The position numbers and the translations under genes are program-made. Below are positions 1-13,842 of a stretch of 64,000 bases of DNA, piece by piece. The stretch spans positions 56,544,001 through 56,608,000 of the forward strand of contig OZ024747.1 of assembly GCA_964016885.1 (NCBI GenBank). Reading direction: 5' to 3'. The notes under the pieces are model-generated. The model did not search any database. It was not told the DNA's origin and saw only the letters and a program-made list of their open reading frames with translations. The number at the start of each line of letters is the position of its first letter. Positions within the stretch are counted from its first letter, which is position 1. The DNA comes from Eledone cirrhosa (lineage: Eukaryota).

Positions 1-89
1 TTCTATTGCTAACCAATCACAACCTAAATATATTTAGTGGTAGAAGGAAGGAAAACATAAAGAAAGTTTTTTTTCTATTCTCTAATATA

Positions 90-288
90 TCATCATCATC
101 AGCAGCAGCAGCACGTCTACTTTTCCATTCTTGCATTGGTTAGACAGGTCTATCACAACACGGCATCTCTCCACTGTCGCGTTCCTTCATCATTTCCTCT
201 GTCAGTCTTAGCGATTTGAGTTCTGCTCTCAGAACCTTTGGCCAGGTCTTTCTTGGTTGTCCTCTATTGCAGCTTCCCCCCACCATAC

Positions 289-290
<2 letters not shown>
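90..290 (-). mobile_element. RTE-clade LINE 3' fragment
   Basis: Minus-strand peptide GGSCNRGQPRKTWPKVLRAELKSLRLTEEMMKERD resembles the RTE C-terminus (GRPRKTW..D). It is followed by a CAAGAATGGAAAAGTAGACG..(GAT)n tail like other RTE-type tails in the window. Confidence 0.75.
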
Positions 291-350
<60 letters not shown>

Positions 351-352
<2 letters not shown>

Positions 353-455
353 CGAAGGAGTTGTGGTAAACAACCAGATGGACCATAACGCACCAGAGTA
401 TTCAATAGGGTAGTAGAAACGCTTGAGCTCTGCCGTCGGGGGTCTTACTTTTTCC
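351..455. mobile_element. Unclassified (TA)n-embedded short element, copy 1
   Basis: (TA)n-AACGAAGG ... GAAACGCTTGAGCTCTGCCGTCGGGGGTCTTAC..TTCC-(TA)n. Same termini as 16791-17055 and the same right end as 38334-38412. Confidence 0.7.
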
Positions 456-614
456 TATATATATATATATATATATAAGCAAAGGGATATTTAATTTGTT
501 GGTAATTCAACAAATATATATATTTATAACTGATTCGAAGCACTATCCAGGTAAAACTTGAACTGTTAAGATCTCCTTCCTGGATATGTCAATATTTATA
601 AAACAAACTTTGTA

Positions 615-671
615 TTTTATCTGATGAAAGCGTACCAAAGTGTTGGTACCCTTGAAATATATATAATAGAA
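615..671 (+). ncRNA. Type I hammerhead ribozyme motif (Penelope-like/retrozyme type)
   Basis: TTTTAT-CTGATGA-AAG C GTACCAA agtg TTGGTAC C CTT-GAAA-TATATA-TA-ATAGAA. Core boxes are intact; stem I TTTTAT/ATAGAA, 10-bp stem II with one C-C mismatch, palindromic stem III, AUA cleavage triplet. Confidence 0.8.
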
Positions 672-716
672 TAAATATGGTTTTATAAACATAGTTTCCA
701 TTTATTAATATCATTG

Positions 717-770
<54 letters not shown>

Positions 771-1079
771 GGTGGCTGCCAACTCGTTTTCAAGTACGGC
801 CACTACTTTATGTCCATGTAGGAGAACCCTTACCGATGCGCTGAACGAGTGTGACTTTTTAGTTCAGCCAGCGACTTGAAAACTCAGGTACAAACACTAC
901 ACTTGTGACAGTTATTGACACATAGTGCTGGGCCCATGGTACCATGTGACGACAAGTGCAGAGAGATCTCCAGATATAAAGCAATGCCTGTGCCGTGAAG
1001 CTTTTATAGTGAGCAAAGGCACTGCACAAAGCCAGTCCCACTCTCTTAACCAAGATGATATTTACCAAAAAGAAGAACA

Positions 1080-1175
1080 AGTCAACATCATTGGATACCA
1101 TCAGGGTTGCAGGTGTTATATCAGAGTTTTCCTTCTCCTAGAATTCTGCCTTGACAAAGGCTAAGGGGTCATCTC
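1080..1175 (-). mobile_element. RTE-related 5'-region fragment
   Basis: Reverse complement contains TTAGCCTT..GGCA..TCTAGGAGAAGGAAAACTCTGA, recalled as typical of RTE/BovB-type 5' regions. Confidence 0.45.
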
Positions 1176-1246
1176 GCTATATACATACATACATACACAC
1201 ACATGTACCATTGATAAAAATAACAGGTCCATTTATGTTGACATCT

Positions 1247-1281
<35 letters not shown>

Positions 1282-1487
1282 GCATATATAATAGAGTATG
1301 TGTTTAAAATACTGTAGTATTTAAAATATTCAATCATAATCTGAATGTGCACTCAATACTGGTCTGTAGAGAGTAGAAATTTACTTCTATGCAGATACAA
1401 TATGGCCAAATGGTTAAGGGTTTAACTCTACAATTATTAATCCCAGGTTCAATCCCACTACATAACTCCTAGGGCATGTGTTATTTA

Positions 1488-1633
1488 CTATATTTCCTGG
1501 CATTGAAGACGCTACTTTTTTCATAAAATAAGTCTAAAAAATCTACCATGTGTTCTGGAGGCCGAAGGTTGTTTATTATTTTTTTTCAAATTTTTGGTTG
1601 TCAAAATTAGGGTGCGTTCTCAAGGAAATACGG
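1488..1633. mobile_element. Tc1/pogo (Tigger-like) MITE relic nested in an old SINE
   Basis: Imperfect TIRs ta|CTATATTTCC ... GGAAATACGG|ta with TA on both sides. It interrupts a degraded tRNA-headed SINE starting at about 1400. Confidence 0.55.
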
Positions 1634-1676
1634 TACCATAGCCTCTGGTTGACCCAAGCTTTGTGTGTGGAATTAT

Positions 1677-2061
1677 TCTCTGGTCACGAATAATCCCCCC
1701 CCCCCCTATGCCTGCTTATTAAATTTCCTCATTTTTCTACCCCTTCCCTGTTCTTATTCCACCCCCACCACTTTTTAAATTTTGTTAATCTATCGCAGAT
1801 GAAATTTTTCTTTATACATTAAAATACATTACTAGAAATACGATATGTTATAAAATAAATAGGATGGGTTGGGAGTTAGAATATGTAAACTAAACGACTA
1901 ATTCTGGTTTTTTAAAAAATCAACAGACAACCTAGAAAAATTACCAAATTTTCCAATACTCGCCCCCACTTATTCCAACTACCCCCCACTTATTCCAACT
2001 ACCCCCCACTTATACCACCCCCAACGCATACCCCCCCCCCCCTATTATTTGGGACCCCGGA
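1677..2061. mobile_element. Tc1/mariner-type MITE relic with internal 19-bp tandem repeat
   Basis: Ends TCTCTGGTCACGAATAAT ... ATTATTTGGGACCCCGGAG|ta are imperfect inverted repeats. CCCCCACTTATTCCAACTA occurs about 3 times at 1963-2015. Confidence 0.45.
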
Positions 2062-2292
2062 GTAGTTACACAGAAATTGTTTGGAAAATTGTCAGATGAA
2101 CTGTACTTGTAATTCAACCATGTCACAGACTGTGTCTTGCTGAATCTCCCTGAGAATTACATTAAGTGTACATGGTTCTGTGGAATGCTCAGCCACTTAC
2201 ATGTTCAATTTATGATGAGTAGGCTGTTCAGGTTGTTCTGTTGATCAAACTAGAACACTTATCTTTTTTTATGTTGGGGAACCAATTATAAG

Positions 2293-3605
2293 ATGATGGT
2301 GATGATGATGGTGGTGGTGGTGGTGATAGTGTTGGTGGTGGTGGTGCTGATGATGATGATGATAATAATGATGGTGGTGGTGGTGGTAGTGGTGCTGCTG
2401 CTGCAGCTGCTGATGATGATGATGATAATAATGATGATGGTGGTGGTGGTGGTGGCGGTAATGATGGTGATGATGATAATAATGATGGTGGTGGTGGTGG
2501 TAATGATGGTGATGATGATGATGGTTGATGCTGTTGATGATGATGCAGGGGAAGGGTAAGGGGAGAAACTCTGTTGCCTCTATTTTTCTGAACGAAATAT
2601 ATATAACTTAAAATAAAACAAGGAATATAAACAATGAATGAAAATAAGAAAATGGAATCTAACGGAAAAGAGAGAAGTTGCGTGATTGGAGAGATGAACT
2701 GTTGTTGATCTGATTCACCACAGATTGAACTGTTGTGTGACTTGGTATTAAGTGAGGGTACTGACTGGTGGTGGTGGTGGTGCTGGTGGTGGTGGTGATG
2801 GTTGTTGTTGTGGTGGTGGTGGTGGTGGTGGTGGTGGTGGTGGTGATGGTGGTGGTGGTGATGGTTGTTGTTGTTGTTGTGGTGGTGGTGGTGGTGGTGG
2901 TGGTGGTGGTGGTGGTATTAGTGGTGGTAGTGGTGGTGGTATTAGTGGTGGTGGTGGTGGTGGTGGTAGTATTAGTGGTGGTAGTGGTGGTGGTGGTGGT
3001 GGTGGTATTAGTGGTGGTGGTGGTGGTAGTGGTGGTGGTGGTGGTGGTGGTGGTGATGGTGGTGGTGGTGGTAGTGGTAGTGGTGGTGTTGGTGGTGGTG
3101 GTGGTGGTAGTGGTGGTGTTGGTGGTGGTGGGGGATGGTTGTTGTTGTGGTGGTGGTGGTGGTATTAGTGGTGGTGGTGGTGGTGGTGGTAGTAGTAGTG
3201 GTGGTGGTTGTGGTAGTGGTGGTGTTGGTGGTGGTGGTGGTGGTAGTGGTGGTGGTGGTGGTGGTGGTGGTGGTGGTGGTGGTGGGGATGGTTGTTGTTG
3301 TGGTGGTAGTGGTGGTATTTGTGGAGGTCAGAGTGGTGGTGGTGGTGGTGGCGGCGGTTGTGGTGTTGGTGGTGGTAGTGGTGGTGGTAGTGGTGGTGTT
3401 GGTGGTGGTGGTAGTGGTGGTGATGGTGGGGATGGTTGTTGTTGTGGTGGTGGTGGTGTTGGTGGTATTTGTGGAGGTCAGAGTGGTGGTGGTGGTGGTG
3501 GCAGTTGTGGTGGTGGTGGTGGTGGCAGTTGTGGTGGTGGTGGTGGTGTTGGTGATGGTGAGGGTGGTTGTTGTTGTTGTGGTGGTGGTGGTGTTGGTGG
3601 TATTT
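2293..3605. repeat. (GAT/GGT)n and long (GGT)n trinucleotide microsatellites
   Basis: Directly visible; explains the poly-G, poly-V and poly-H ORFs. Confidence 0.97.
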
Positions 3606-4019
3606 GAGGGACATTTGGTTGTTATATTTACTATGTCAACTTAACAAATAGAAGCTCAACTTTAGGAGATATGATTATATAATCAATTCTTAATGAGGGG
3701 AGTGGGGGAAAAATTTGAAGATTCCAATGAGGATATTGGTTTTACGTTGAAAAACTTTAACCTTATTCACATTGTTTTTACTAGATTTATATCCCTTAAC
3801 CCTTTTGCATCCTTCAAAACTTCCATGCTTCCCCAAATTCCCCAACACTACACCTGATATTTCTTCTCCATACACACACATGTGTTGTGTGTGCACATAT
3901 GTGTGTATCAATACTCATACTCTGTTCACTTTCTTGTCTTTTGTACATTATTCTATGTACTATACATGCACTTGAGCACTTACACAATAATTTTCAATAT
4001 TATTATTAATGTACTATTA

Positions 4020-4142
4020 TGGTCTGAGTTCAAATCCCGTCGAGGTTAACTTTGCCTTTCATCATCCTTACGGGGTCGATAAAATAAAGTACCAGTAATA
4101 CACTGGATAATTGCTGGCTTTGTGCCAAAAGTAGGAACAATT
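4020..4142 (+). mobile_element. SINE family B, 5'-truncated
   Basis: B box GAGTTCAAATCCC followed by the body GAGGTTAACTTTGCCTTTCATC..CTTACGGGGTCGATAAAATAAAGTACCAG, shared by more than 12 copies in the window. Confidence 0.85.
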
Positions 4143-4255
4143 ATATATATACTAAATCACCTGAAACCACCCTGGATTTTATGGAACAAAACTTTGTTTT
4201 AAAGATCATAAATTTATCTATAAACATTCCATCCTAATTTTATTTAAGACACATG

Positions 4256-4592
4256 AAGGTGCATGGCTTACTGGTTAGAGCATTGGGCTTGCAATCGAAA
4301 GGTTGTGAGTTCAATTCTCGGACCGGGTGGTGTGTTGTTTCCTTGAGCAAGACACTTTATTTCACATTGTTCCACTTTACTCAGCTGTAGAAATGAGATG
4401 ATAGGGACTGGAGTCCCTATCATTCCACTGCAAAGTGGTCGTGGAAGTGCCACGCCAAAAAAGCACCCAGCACTCACTGTAAATGAGGTTGGTGTTAGGA
4501 AGGGCATCCAGCTGTAGAAATCAAGCAGAATCAGTTCCCCGTCTAACCCATGCTAGCGTGGAAGAACGGACGTAAAACAGTGATGATGATGA
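4256..4592 (+). mobile_element. SINE family A: tRNA head, CORE-like domain, RTE-type tail
   Basis: A box TGGCTTACTGG and B box GAGTTCAATTC; CCTTGAGCAAGACACTT..CTCAGCTGTAGAAATG resembles the CORE domain; tail ..GGAAGGGCATCCAGCTGTAGAAA..GGACGTAAAAC(GAT)n. Confidence 0.85.
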
Positions 4593-4765
4593 ACCCTTGT
4601 AAATTTATGTTCTAAATACCAGCTTAGTGATGGAAATGTTAGTTGTGTTACTAAACTGCTCCAAATTCTTGATTAAATTCGAAATTCTTTGAAATATGGT
4701 AACACAAGAGTGAATCCTAATGAGACGTATTAAATTGTGCAGTGTACAAAACTACAAATGTTAAG

Positions 4766-5161
4766 TAAACCCTTTCATGACCATATTTCTAATGTAATAC
4801 TCACTATTTTAATTAATCAATGAAGAATTTTGAAGGATTTACTAAAATTATTAATTATGTCATTACTAAGATAAAAACTTAATGTGAGGTCCTTATATCA
4901 AATTATGTTGGCAGATTTTAATGTAACGCTTTCATGCCCAGATTCCTTATGAAATACACACTATTTTAATTAATTAATGTAGAACTTTGAGGGATTTACT
5001 AAAATTATTAATTATTTCATTTATGAGATAGTAACTTAATGTGAGGTTCTTATATCAAATTATGCTGGAAGATTTTGATTTAAATTCTAAACCTTTAAAA
5101 TGGGTGGTTTTATTTCATAGAACCAGAGCTGGTCTTGGCCGGGCTAATAACTAGAGGGTTT
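4766..5161. mobile_element. piggyBac-like MITE relic with ~155-bp internal tandem duplication
   Basis: AACCCT...AGGGTT ends; 4780-4920 is repeated at 4935-5080; a related copy lies at about 45475-45710. Confidence 0.45.
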
Positions 5162-6464
5162 TGAAAATCTTTATTGCTGATATCAATACAGGGGAGTTGA
5201 ACCAAAGGTAAAGAAAAACTTGTTTCTCATATCCAAGTGAAAAGTTTCAGCTTGAGTTATTGAAAGTTTTTGTTTCTTATATTCAGACTAGTTATTATTG
5301 AACAAGTCATTGTTGAGTCACACACTTTCTTAAGGCTGATCCACAAAACATGTTATGTTAAATAAATTGAAAGGCAAAGCTCACAACTAGGAATTAAGTC
5401 GGTGAAAAATATGAGCAATACATCTAATCAATGATTCTATCACAGTTTAAATATGTATGAAGATATCAAATAACATATATATTTATAACATTCACACTAA
5501 CATTTAGATTTCTCTCTAATCAATAATTTCATAATTTCCTCATCATTTCTAATATCTTTTCTATCTATTTCATCATTTCATTTCATTCATTAACACATAC
5601 ACACGCACATATATGTACCCACACATACACACACACACATGCATACACATACATGCACACTCACATACATACACACAGAGATATACATGCACATGTACAC
5701 ACACATACATGACCACAGACATACACACACTCACACACACACACACACACACACAGACATACACACACATATACATGCACATACACACATACAGGCAACT
5801 ACACACACTCATATACATATACACATATATACACTCATACACCCATATATACACATACATGCACACATATACACACATAAACACACAGACACACACAGAT
5901 TCACACACACACACACACACACACGCACACACACTTACACATATACACACATATATATATATACACACACATACATACCCGTCTAACCCATGCTAGCGTG
6001 GAAGAACGGACGTAAAACGGTGAAGATGATGATGATGATGATGATGATGATAATGATACACATATACACGCACACATATACACACACATATATACACATA
6101 TACTCATATATACAGCTATGCACACACAACCAACTGTATCCCATCTCTATATCTTCTTCCATGTTAATTTACATCTTAACTCTGTGATTCATGTGAAACT
6201 ATAGATAGTTAGTATAGATTAGCTAAACATATGGAGAGCAGAAAATAAACTAATCATGTATTGGAACAAGTAGGATTATATTTAGTGAATAAATTGTGAT
6301 CTGCTGTAGTATTAAATGACTCAGTAATGATGAAAACTGCCACCATTGGGAGTTACAGGTTCATATCTTATATTGTTTTATATATATCTTTATACTGTTT
6401 TATGTCTTTATATTGCTTTATATTGCTTTATATATCTTTATATTGTTTTATATGTCTTTATATT

Positions 6465-6512
<48 letters not shown>

Positions 6513-6622
6513 ATATATATATATATATAAATGTATATAACAATATAAACAATATAAAGACATATAATGACACAAAATAATACAGAGATATATATATATA
6601 TATGACAATAAAAACAATATAA

Positions 6623-6660
<38 letters not shown>

Positions 6661-6967
6661 GTGTGTGTGTGTGTCTTTATATCGTTTATTTGTCTTTATA
6701 TTGTTTTATATTGTTTTTATGTGTGTGTTTGTTTATATTTTATTATACCATGGATTTAAAATCAGAGAATCATACTATAATAAGTGAAAGGAGAATTTAT
6801 CTTTTCCTATGTGGTCAATGGCATTTTATCATCATCATCATCATCATCATCACCATCACCACCACCATCGTCATCACCATCACCATCATCATCATCATCA
6901 TATAACATCCATTTTTCCAAGCTGGCATGGGTTGGATTGGTCACCACAGACTGAATTCACCTAAACA

Positions 6968-7150
6968 ATAATTGTTTCTACTTTAGGCACAAGGCCAGCA
7001 ATTACCCAGAACATTACTGGTACTTTATTTTATCGACCCCGTAAGGATGAAAGGCAAAGTTAACCTCGGCGGGATTTGAACTCAGAATGTAAAGGGACGT
7101 AACTATGCTGGAAAGCATGGCGTCCAACCCTCTACTGATACTGCCAATTA
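6968..7150 (-). mobile_element. SINE family B
   Basis: Reverse complement of the family B head and body. Confidence 0.85.
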
Positions 7151-8265
7151 TGAGAGCTATTATCCTCTCACTGATGGGCTGGGTACCCACATTTTGCTTA
7201 CTTACGTTCTGGTTTTTGGCATGGTTTCTACAGCTGGAGACCCTCTTTATCAACAATGATTTTACAGAGAGTATTGGTCATATTTTATCATGGCACCAAT
7301 ACTGGGGTGTGACTGCAGGTCATTGACTCAACTGAAAAGTCTCCGCTAACATATACAAGCTAGGGATGCCTTATTCGAAGGTAGTGATGCTTATTGGTGA
7401 GAATAGCGGGAAAGAAAGAATAAAAAATAAGGTGCCACGAATGTATATCATGGTTGGATTTAGGAGAGTAATGTGAAGGAGAAAGGGGAAAGGAATGATC
7501 TTGTATAGAGTAAATGAGTACAGTGATGATGAGAATAGTTACTAAAGAGTTATAAATTTTATATATAGAGGTAACAATTGTTACATGGTTGAAGCACTGT
7601 AATGTAGGGTAGAGTGGAGAGTACTGTTATCATGAAAATAGTTACTAAAGAATGATGGTGGTGCAGTGGAGACTTCTGGTGTCCTTGGCCCTAGGACCTC
7701 CTCCTACTTACCACCATCAGCACTGAGTTGGCTACCTGCAAGTATAAGCCTAGCAAGCGGGAATGTTTCCCTCACCATCCTTCGGGAAAACGCCTTCTCT
7801 ATTCTGTCTCCCAGGGCCAGAGGATGGCCAGCACATTGGTCCCCATTTGCATATAATAGTGAGAGATGGGGAGAGTGAGAGAGACAGAGGCAGTGAGTGA
7901 AAGAAAAAGAACATCAACACATATTTACTAATTTATTTATCTTTACAAATCCGTTGCTGTGTTTAACTATCTGGTAATCCTGGTGTATATGACAAAAATG
8001 TCTAATTGTTATAAAATGTTCTTCCCACAGCAGATTGGATATGAATGGGTCTGCTCATATACACACAAAGGATGCATTAGATGAAGGGTGGAACTATAAG
8101 AGCATAACAAGCACTGTAGCAGAAATGGCTGGGTAGTTTACTTAGGACATATGGGGCATCTTGTTATTATACAAGTAGGTGAGTCCTCTCCAGTAGAGCA
8201 TATCATCCTCCAGCACGGCCTTATGTAATATTTGTCATGAGGTTCATTGTCCTTGAGTGAGATTC

Positions 8266-8880
<615 letters not shown>

Positions 8881-8954
8881 TATATATATATATATATTAT
8901 ATCTTGATCATCATCGTCATTGTCATTTTAACATCTGCATTCCCTGCTTCAAGG

Positions 8955-9000
<46 letters not shown>

Positions 9001-9032
9001 AGATCAAAAGATGGTTAAAGGAGTTCCATATA

Positions 9033-9099
9033 TTTTATTATGCGCATTTCAAAAACAAACATCATCAAGCAATAATATTTGTGTTTTCATCAGATAAAA
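9033..9099 (-). ncRNA. Type I hammerhead ribozyme motif, intact
   Basis: Minus strand reads TTTTAT-CTGATGA-[~15-bp stem II with GCTT loop]-GAAA-TGCGCA-TA-ATAAAA. Perfect 6-bp stem I and palindromic stem III ATGCGCAT. Confidence 0.85.
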
Positions 9100-9419
9100 C
9101 AGGAGAACATGATATGAAGGCTAAAAAACACTTGTTGATAGTGCAGTTTTAAATCAACATATCTTATATTATGCATACTCCAGTCCCACAAACTGTAGAG
9201 TGCTTCTTATCCGATATCTGCATTGCTTTATTGTACTACAATAAAACTCACCTCCTACATATATATTATATATATATATATAGTAATTAGATATACATTT
9301 TAAAATAATATATAAGTTTCCTTGATGCTGCTAGGTAAGTCCCATTATTGGAGGTGATCCCCCTCATAATATACTATCAATCATCAGTTTGTATGAAATT
9401 ATTTGCTTCCGGGATTCTA

Positions 9420-9455
<36 letters not shown>

Positions 9456-9830
9456 TATTGAAATATTTCATGGAATTTATATTTCAGTTTCTCTTTCTCT
9501 TTAAGATGGTGTCATGTTTGTACTGAGAAACTGTGGAAATGAAAAATAATTTTTTATCAATGATAACTGTCATCTCTGGTTAAAGCTGAGGAAACGATTG
9601 TCAGTGAACAGTGATAATTCAAAACTTTGAAGGTACAATAACAACAACAACAAACAATACCAACAACAACAACAACAACAACAACGACAATGACAAGAAC
9701 GAGGATATTAATGATGACGATGATGATGACTATATAGTAACAATAATGATAGCAACAATAACAACAAAAATAATAACAATAACGATGATAATAATAATAA
9801 CAATAATAATAACAATAAGAGGTAATAATG

Positions 9831-9900
<70 letters not shown>

Positions 9901-11454
9901 TAATAAAGAAAGAGTAGAAAGACAGAGAGGCAAAAATGTGACTCAAAATATAAAAGCTAAAGAAATATATATATATACATGATGTGTGAACAATTCTCAG
10001 ACTTTTTTGCTAAACTATTGTCATCTAACTAGGGAGTAAAATAAAATAAAGTAAAATATCTCTAAATATTTTCACTGAAAAATATTTATTGAGTCATATA
10101 AAATGTGTTGTTGATAGAAAATGATGTGACAGGTGTTAATATTTTAGTGAAGAAAAGGTTTTTGGGGATTAATCTAAGAACATTCTAGAAAGGGAGATAA
10201 AGTAATATAATATAAAGATGTTGAATATATATATATATGTGTGTGTGTGTGCGTGTGTGTGCATGTGTGTGAGTGTGCGTATGTCTGTGTATGTACATAA
10301 ATATTTACACGCATGCATATGTGCATTTATATATATATATATATATATATACATACATACTATATATGTATAGTTATATAATTGAAACCTGGAATAGATA
10401 TTTAATAAAAGGAAAACATAAATAATATTAATGACTATGATAATGATAATGATGATGATGATGAGGATGATGTTGCTGATAACACCACCACCAACAACAA
10501 CCACAACAACAACATTAAAAATATATATGGAATAAATCTTTGAGCAAAACGACGAAGAAGAAGAAAATCTAAGTATTTTGTAAATCCAAAGAACCTTGCT
10601 TTTCTGCCAACTCGAAATATTTGAATCTTAAAAATGTATAATCCAAGGATTTTTCTTGGTTTCTGAGATTCTACAGAAGTCTTATTAAAATGGTTTAGAA
10701 ATGGAAAAATGTAAACATAAATAGTATTATTAAATATGAGAAACTATAAGAAGAAAAGTGAGAGGTGGAGAGGAGAAGTTTCTGTATATGTTTTGCCATT
10801 TTGGTTCTGAAGAGAATAAATACAGGAAAATTTATTTTTACTATTTTACTTTCATGCTGCTTCTAAATCCTTAGTTTTGAAGTATATATATTTATATATG
10901 TGTGTGTGTTGCTTTGTGTGTGTGTGCATGTGTCTGTTGCTCTCTGTGTGTTGGTGTGAATGTGTGTGTTGGTGTGTGAGAATTCATGTATGTGTTGGTG
11001 TGTGTCAGTTGGTGTGACTGTATTGACATGTTTGTGTTTGTGTGTGTTGGTTGACATGTGTATGTTGGCATGAGTGTATGTTGGTGTATGTGTGTTGTGT
11101 GTGAATGTGTCTGTATGTGTGTATTGGCATATTTGTGTTGGTGTGTGTGTTTATGTGTTGCCATGTGTGAGTGGTATGAGTGTGTGTTGGTATGAATGCA
11201 TATGTTTGTGTGTATGTGTATTGGTATGTAAGTGAGTGTACAGTGGAATCAATGAAATTTGATAGTAATAACATTCTCTGGTCAGATTGTGTTGATTATA
11301 ATAAATAATGTTTTATATGAAATTGCTTAAAACTGCTTCTGGTTCTACAATACAACATTGTTAATTTTAAAGTGCCTACATTTACCTAAAAGCCTTCCAT
11401 TATAATTTTATATAAGAACCTCTGTTATTTTATATTCTGAACATCAGCTTAATA

Positions 11455-12010
11455 ATTGTATCTACTTTTGGCACAAGGCCAGAAATTACCCAGTACATTA
11501 CTGGTACTTTATTTTATCGACCCCGTCAGGATGAAAGGCAAAGTTAACCTCGGCGGGATTTGAACTCAGCTTAATAATGGTTTCTGATTTATGCACAAAA
11601 CCAACAATTTTCGAGGACGGGAGTGTCGATTAAATCAACCCCAGGGTGTTACTAGTACTTTATTTTATTGACCCTTTAAGAATGAAAGGCAAAGCTAACC
11701 ACAGCAGGATTTAAGTCAGAATGTAAAGGGCTGTAATTATATGCCATAAAGCATGTTGTTAGACACCCTATCGATACTGCCAATCCACCTCAGATTAAAT
11801 ATGGTTTCTGATTTAGGAACAAAGTCAACAATTTGGGGTTGGGAAAAGTCCCTTAAATCGACTCCAGTGCATTACTGGTACTTTATTTATCAACCACTTA
11901 AAGATGAAAGGTAAAGCTAAGCTTTGCAGGATTTGAACTCAGAACATTAAGAGCTGTAAATATAGGACAAAGCGTGTTCTCCGATTCACTACCAATACGG
12001 CCAATCCACC
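11455..12010 (-). mobile_element. Three head-to-tail SINE family B copies
   Basis: Three successive reverse-complement units (about 11455-11570, 11575-11790, 11800-12010) of differing divergence. Confidence 0.8.
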
Positions 12011-12526
12011 TAAGCTTAATAATGAAAATCCTTTAAAATTTGTTATATTCAAAATTATATTAAAATTACAGGCAATGACTTTCATTATAAAACATAGTCA
12101 TCAGGGTACCATCGTTTGGAAGTTACTTTAGGTGTCCATGTGACCATCAACAGACATGGACACCATTTCCGACCTCCAAACTTTGAGACAGTAGAACATC
12201 TAGTGTGTGACAGTTGGCGAGGGAGAGAGAGAGGGAGGTTGAACACATTTTATCAAGCCTCAAAACATGTAAGACAAAGTTGACCTCAGCAGTATTCAAA
12301 CTCACAATGCTGGAATAAATAACAATGGGTTTTATCCAATATTTTAATGTTACCATTTTTCAGGTGTAAGGCAGTGAGATTTAATCATAGAATGAAAAGG
12401 AGAAGTTCCACAACTACATCAAACCACCATATATATATTATATGTAACTATATAATATATATATGTATATATATGTATATATATATATGTATATATATAT
12501 ATATGTATATATACATATATATATAT

Positions 12527-12705
12527 TGGCAGTATCGGTAGAGGGTCGGACGCCATGCTTTGCAGCAAAGAGTTACGGCCCTCTATGATCTGAGTTCAAA
12601 TCCCGCTGAGGTTAACTTTGCCTTTCATCCTTATGGGGTCGATAAAATAAAGTACCAGTAATGAACTGGGTTATTGCTGGCCTTGTGCCTAAAGTAGAAA
12701 CAATT
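12527..12705 (+). mobile_element. SINE family B
   Basis: TGGCAGTATCGG A box, GAGTTCAAATCCC B box and family body. Confidence 0.87.
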
Positions 12706-12811
12706 ATATATATATATATGTGTGTGTGTGTTATATGAATATTATATATATTTATATATATATTATATATATATATAATATATGTATATATATAATATAT
12801 ATATATATACA

Positions 12812-13028
12812 ATCATCATCATCATCATCATCATCAACGTTTAACGTCCGTGTTCCACGCTTGCATGGGTTTGGACGGGGGTAGTCCCACTTGAGGCAAG
12901 AGTGATTTTCTTGCTCGCATAGGACTGTCTGGCAGGTTTTCTACAGTTGGATGCCCTTCCTAACACCAACCACATTTACAGTGTGGGTCTGGGAGGTTTT
13001 TACCGTGTTGCCTACACGGCCACATTAC

Positions 13029-13030
<2 letters not shown>
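12812..13030 (-). mobile_element. 5'-truncated RTE-type 3' UTR/tail copy
   Basis: Nearly identical to the tail at about 52170-52375; ends in (GAT)n. Confidence 0.8.
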
Positions 13031-13103
<73 letters not shown>

Positions 13104-13511
13104 TTTATAAATATAATGAAAATAAGCTATGAAAATTAACTAAATTCCACATACGATTGACAAAGCATTAGAAGTAGACTCACAACCAGTATGCTAATAA
13201 CTCCACCTACTCACAATCTAGAGAGTTGGGAGGAGTAGTTTATATCCCAGAGAGTTTTGTTGCTGCATATGTGTGCACACATCATGTGAATAGTGCAACT
13301 AGATATGCATGGTTAAATAGTAAAGTCAAGGGTGATGTTTCTTTCCCTGGTATACACAATTGATGAAATGTTCTGGAAATTGACTTGTAATCTCACAGGA
13401 ATTGCACGCTATTCAATGGAAAATCACCATAGTTTGGTTGGTTCATTCCTTTTTTTAAGTTATTTTATTATCATTTTATTTCATAGATTTTTATATAATT
13501 TTTAATTTTTA

Positions 13512-13566
13512 TTTTTAAATTTTACATATTTATATATGTTAATTTTGTTTTTCAGTATTTAGATTT

Positions 13567-13657
<91 letters not shown>

Positions 13658-13716
13658 AATCTAAATACTGAAAATGGAAACAAAATTAACATATAAATAT
13701 GTAAAATTAAAAAAAA
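13512..13716. repeat. Inverted repeat centred on a (TA)n tract
   Basis: ..AATTTTACATATTTATATATGTTAATTTTGTTTTTCAGTATTTAGATTTG-(TA)n-CAAATCTAAATACTGAAAA..AAACAAAATTAACATATAAATATGTAAAATT. Confidence 0.85.
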
Positions 13717-13732
13717 TATATATATGTATATG

Positions 13733-13777
<45 letters not shown>

Positions 13778-13778
13778 G

Positions 13779-13842
<64 letters not shown>

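Noticed and set aside
2752-3644. Gly-rich or Val-rich long ORFs
   Set aside because: (GGT)n microsatellite open in several frames and on both strands.
9506-9632. AG/GT-bounded 127-nt exon candidate
   Set aside because: Stops in all three frames; at most a non-coding exon, with no supporting evidence.
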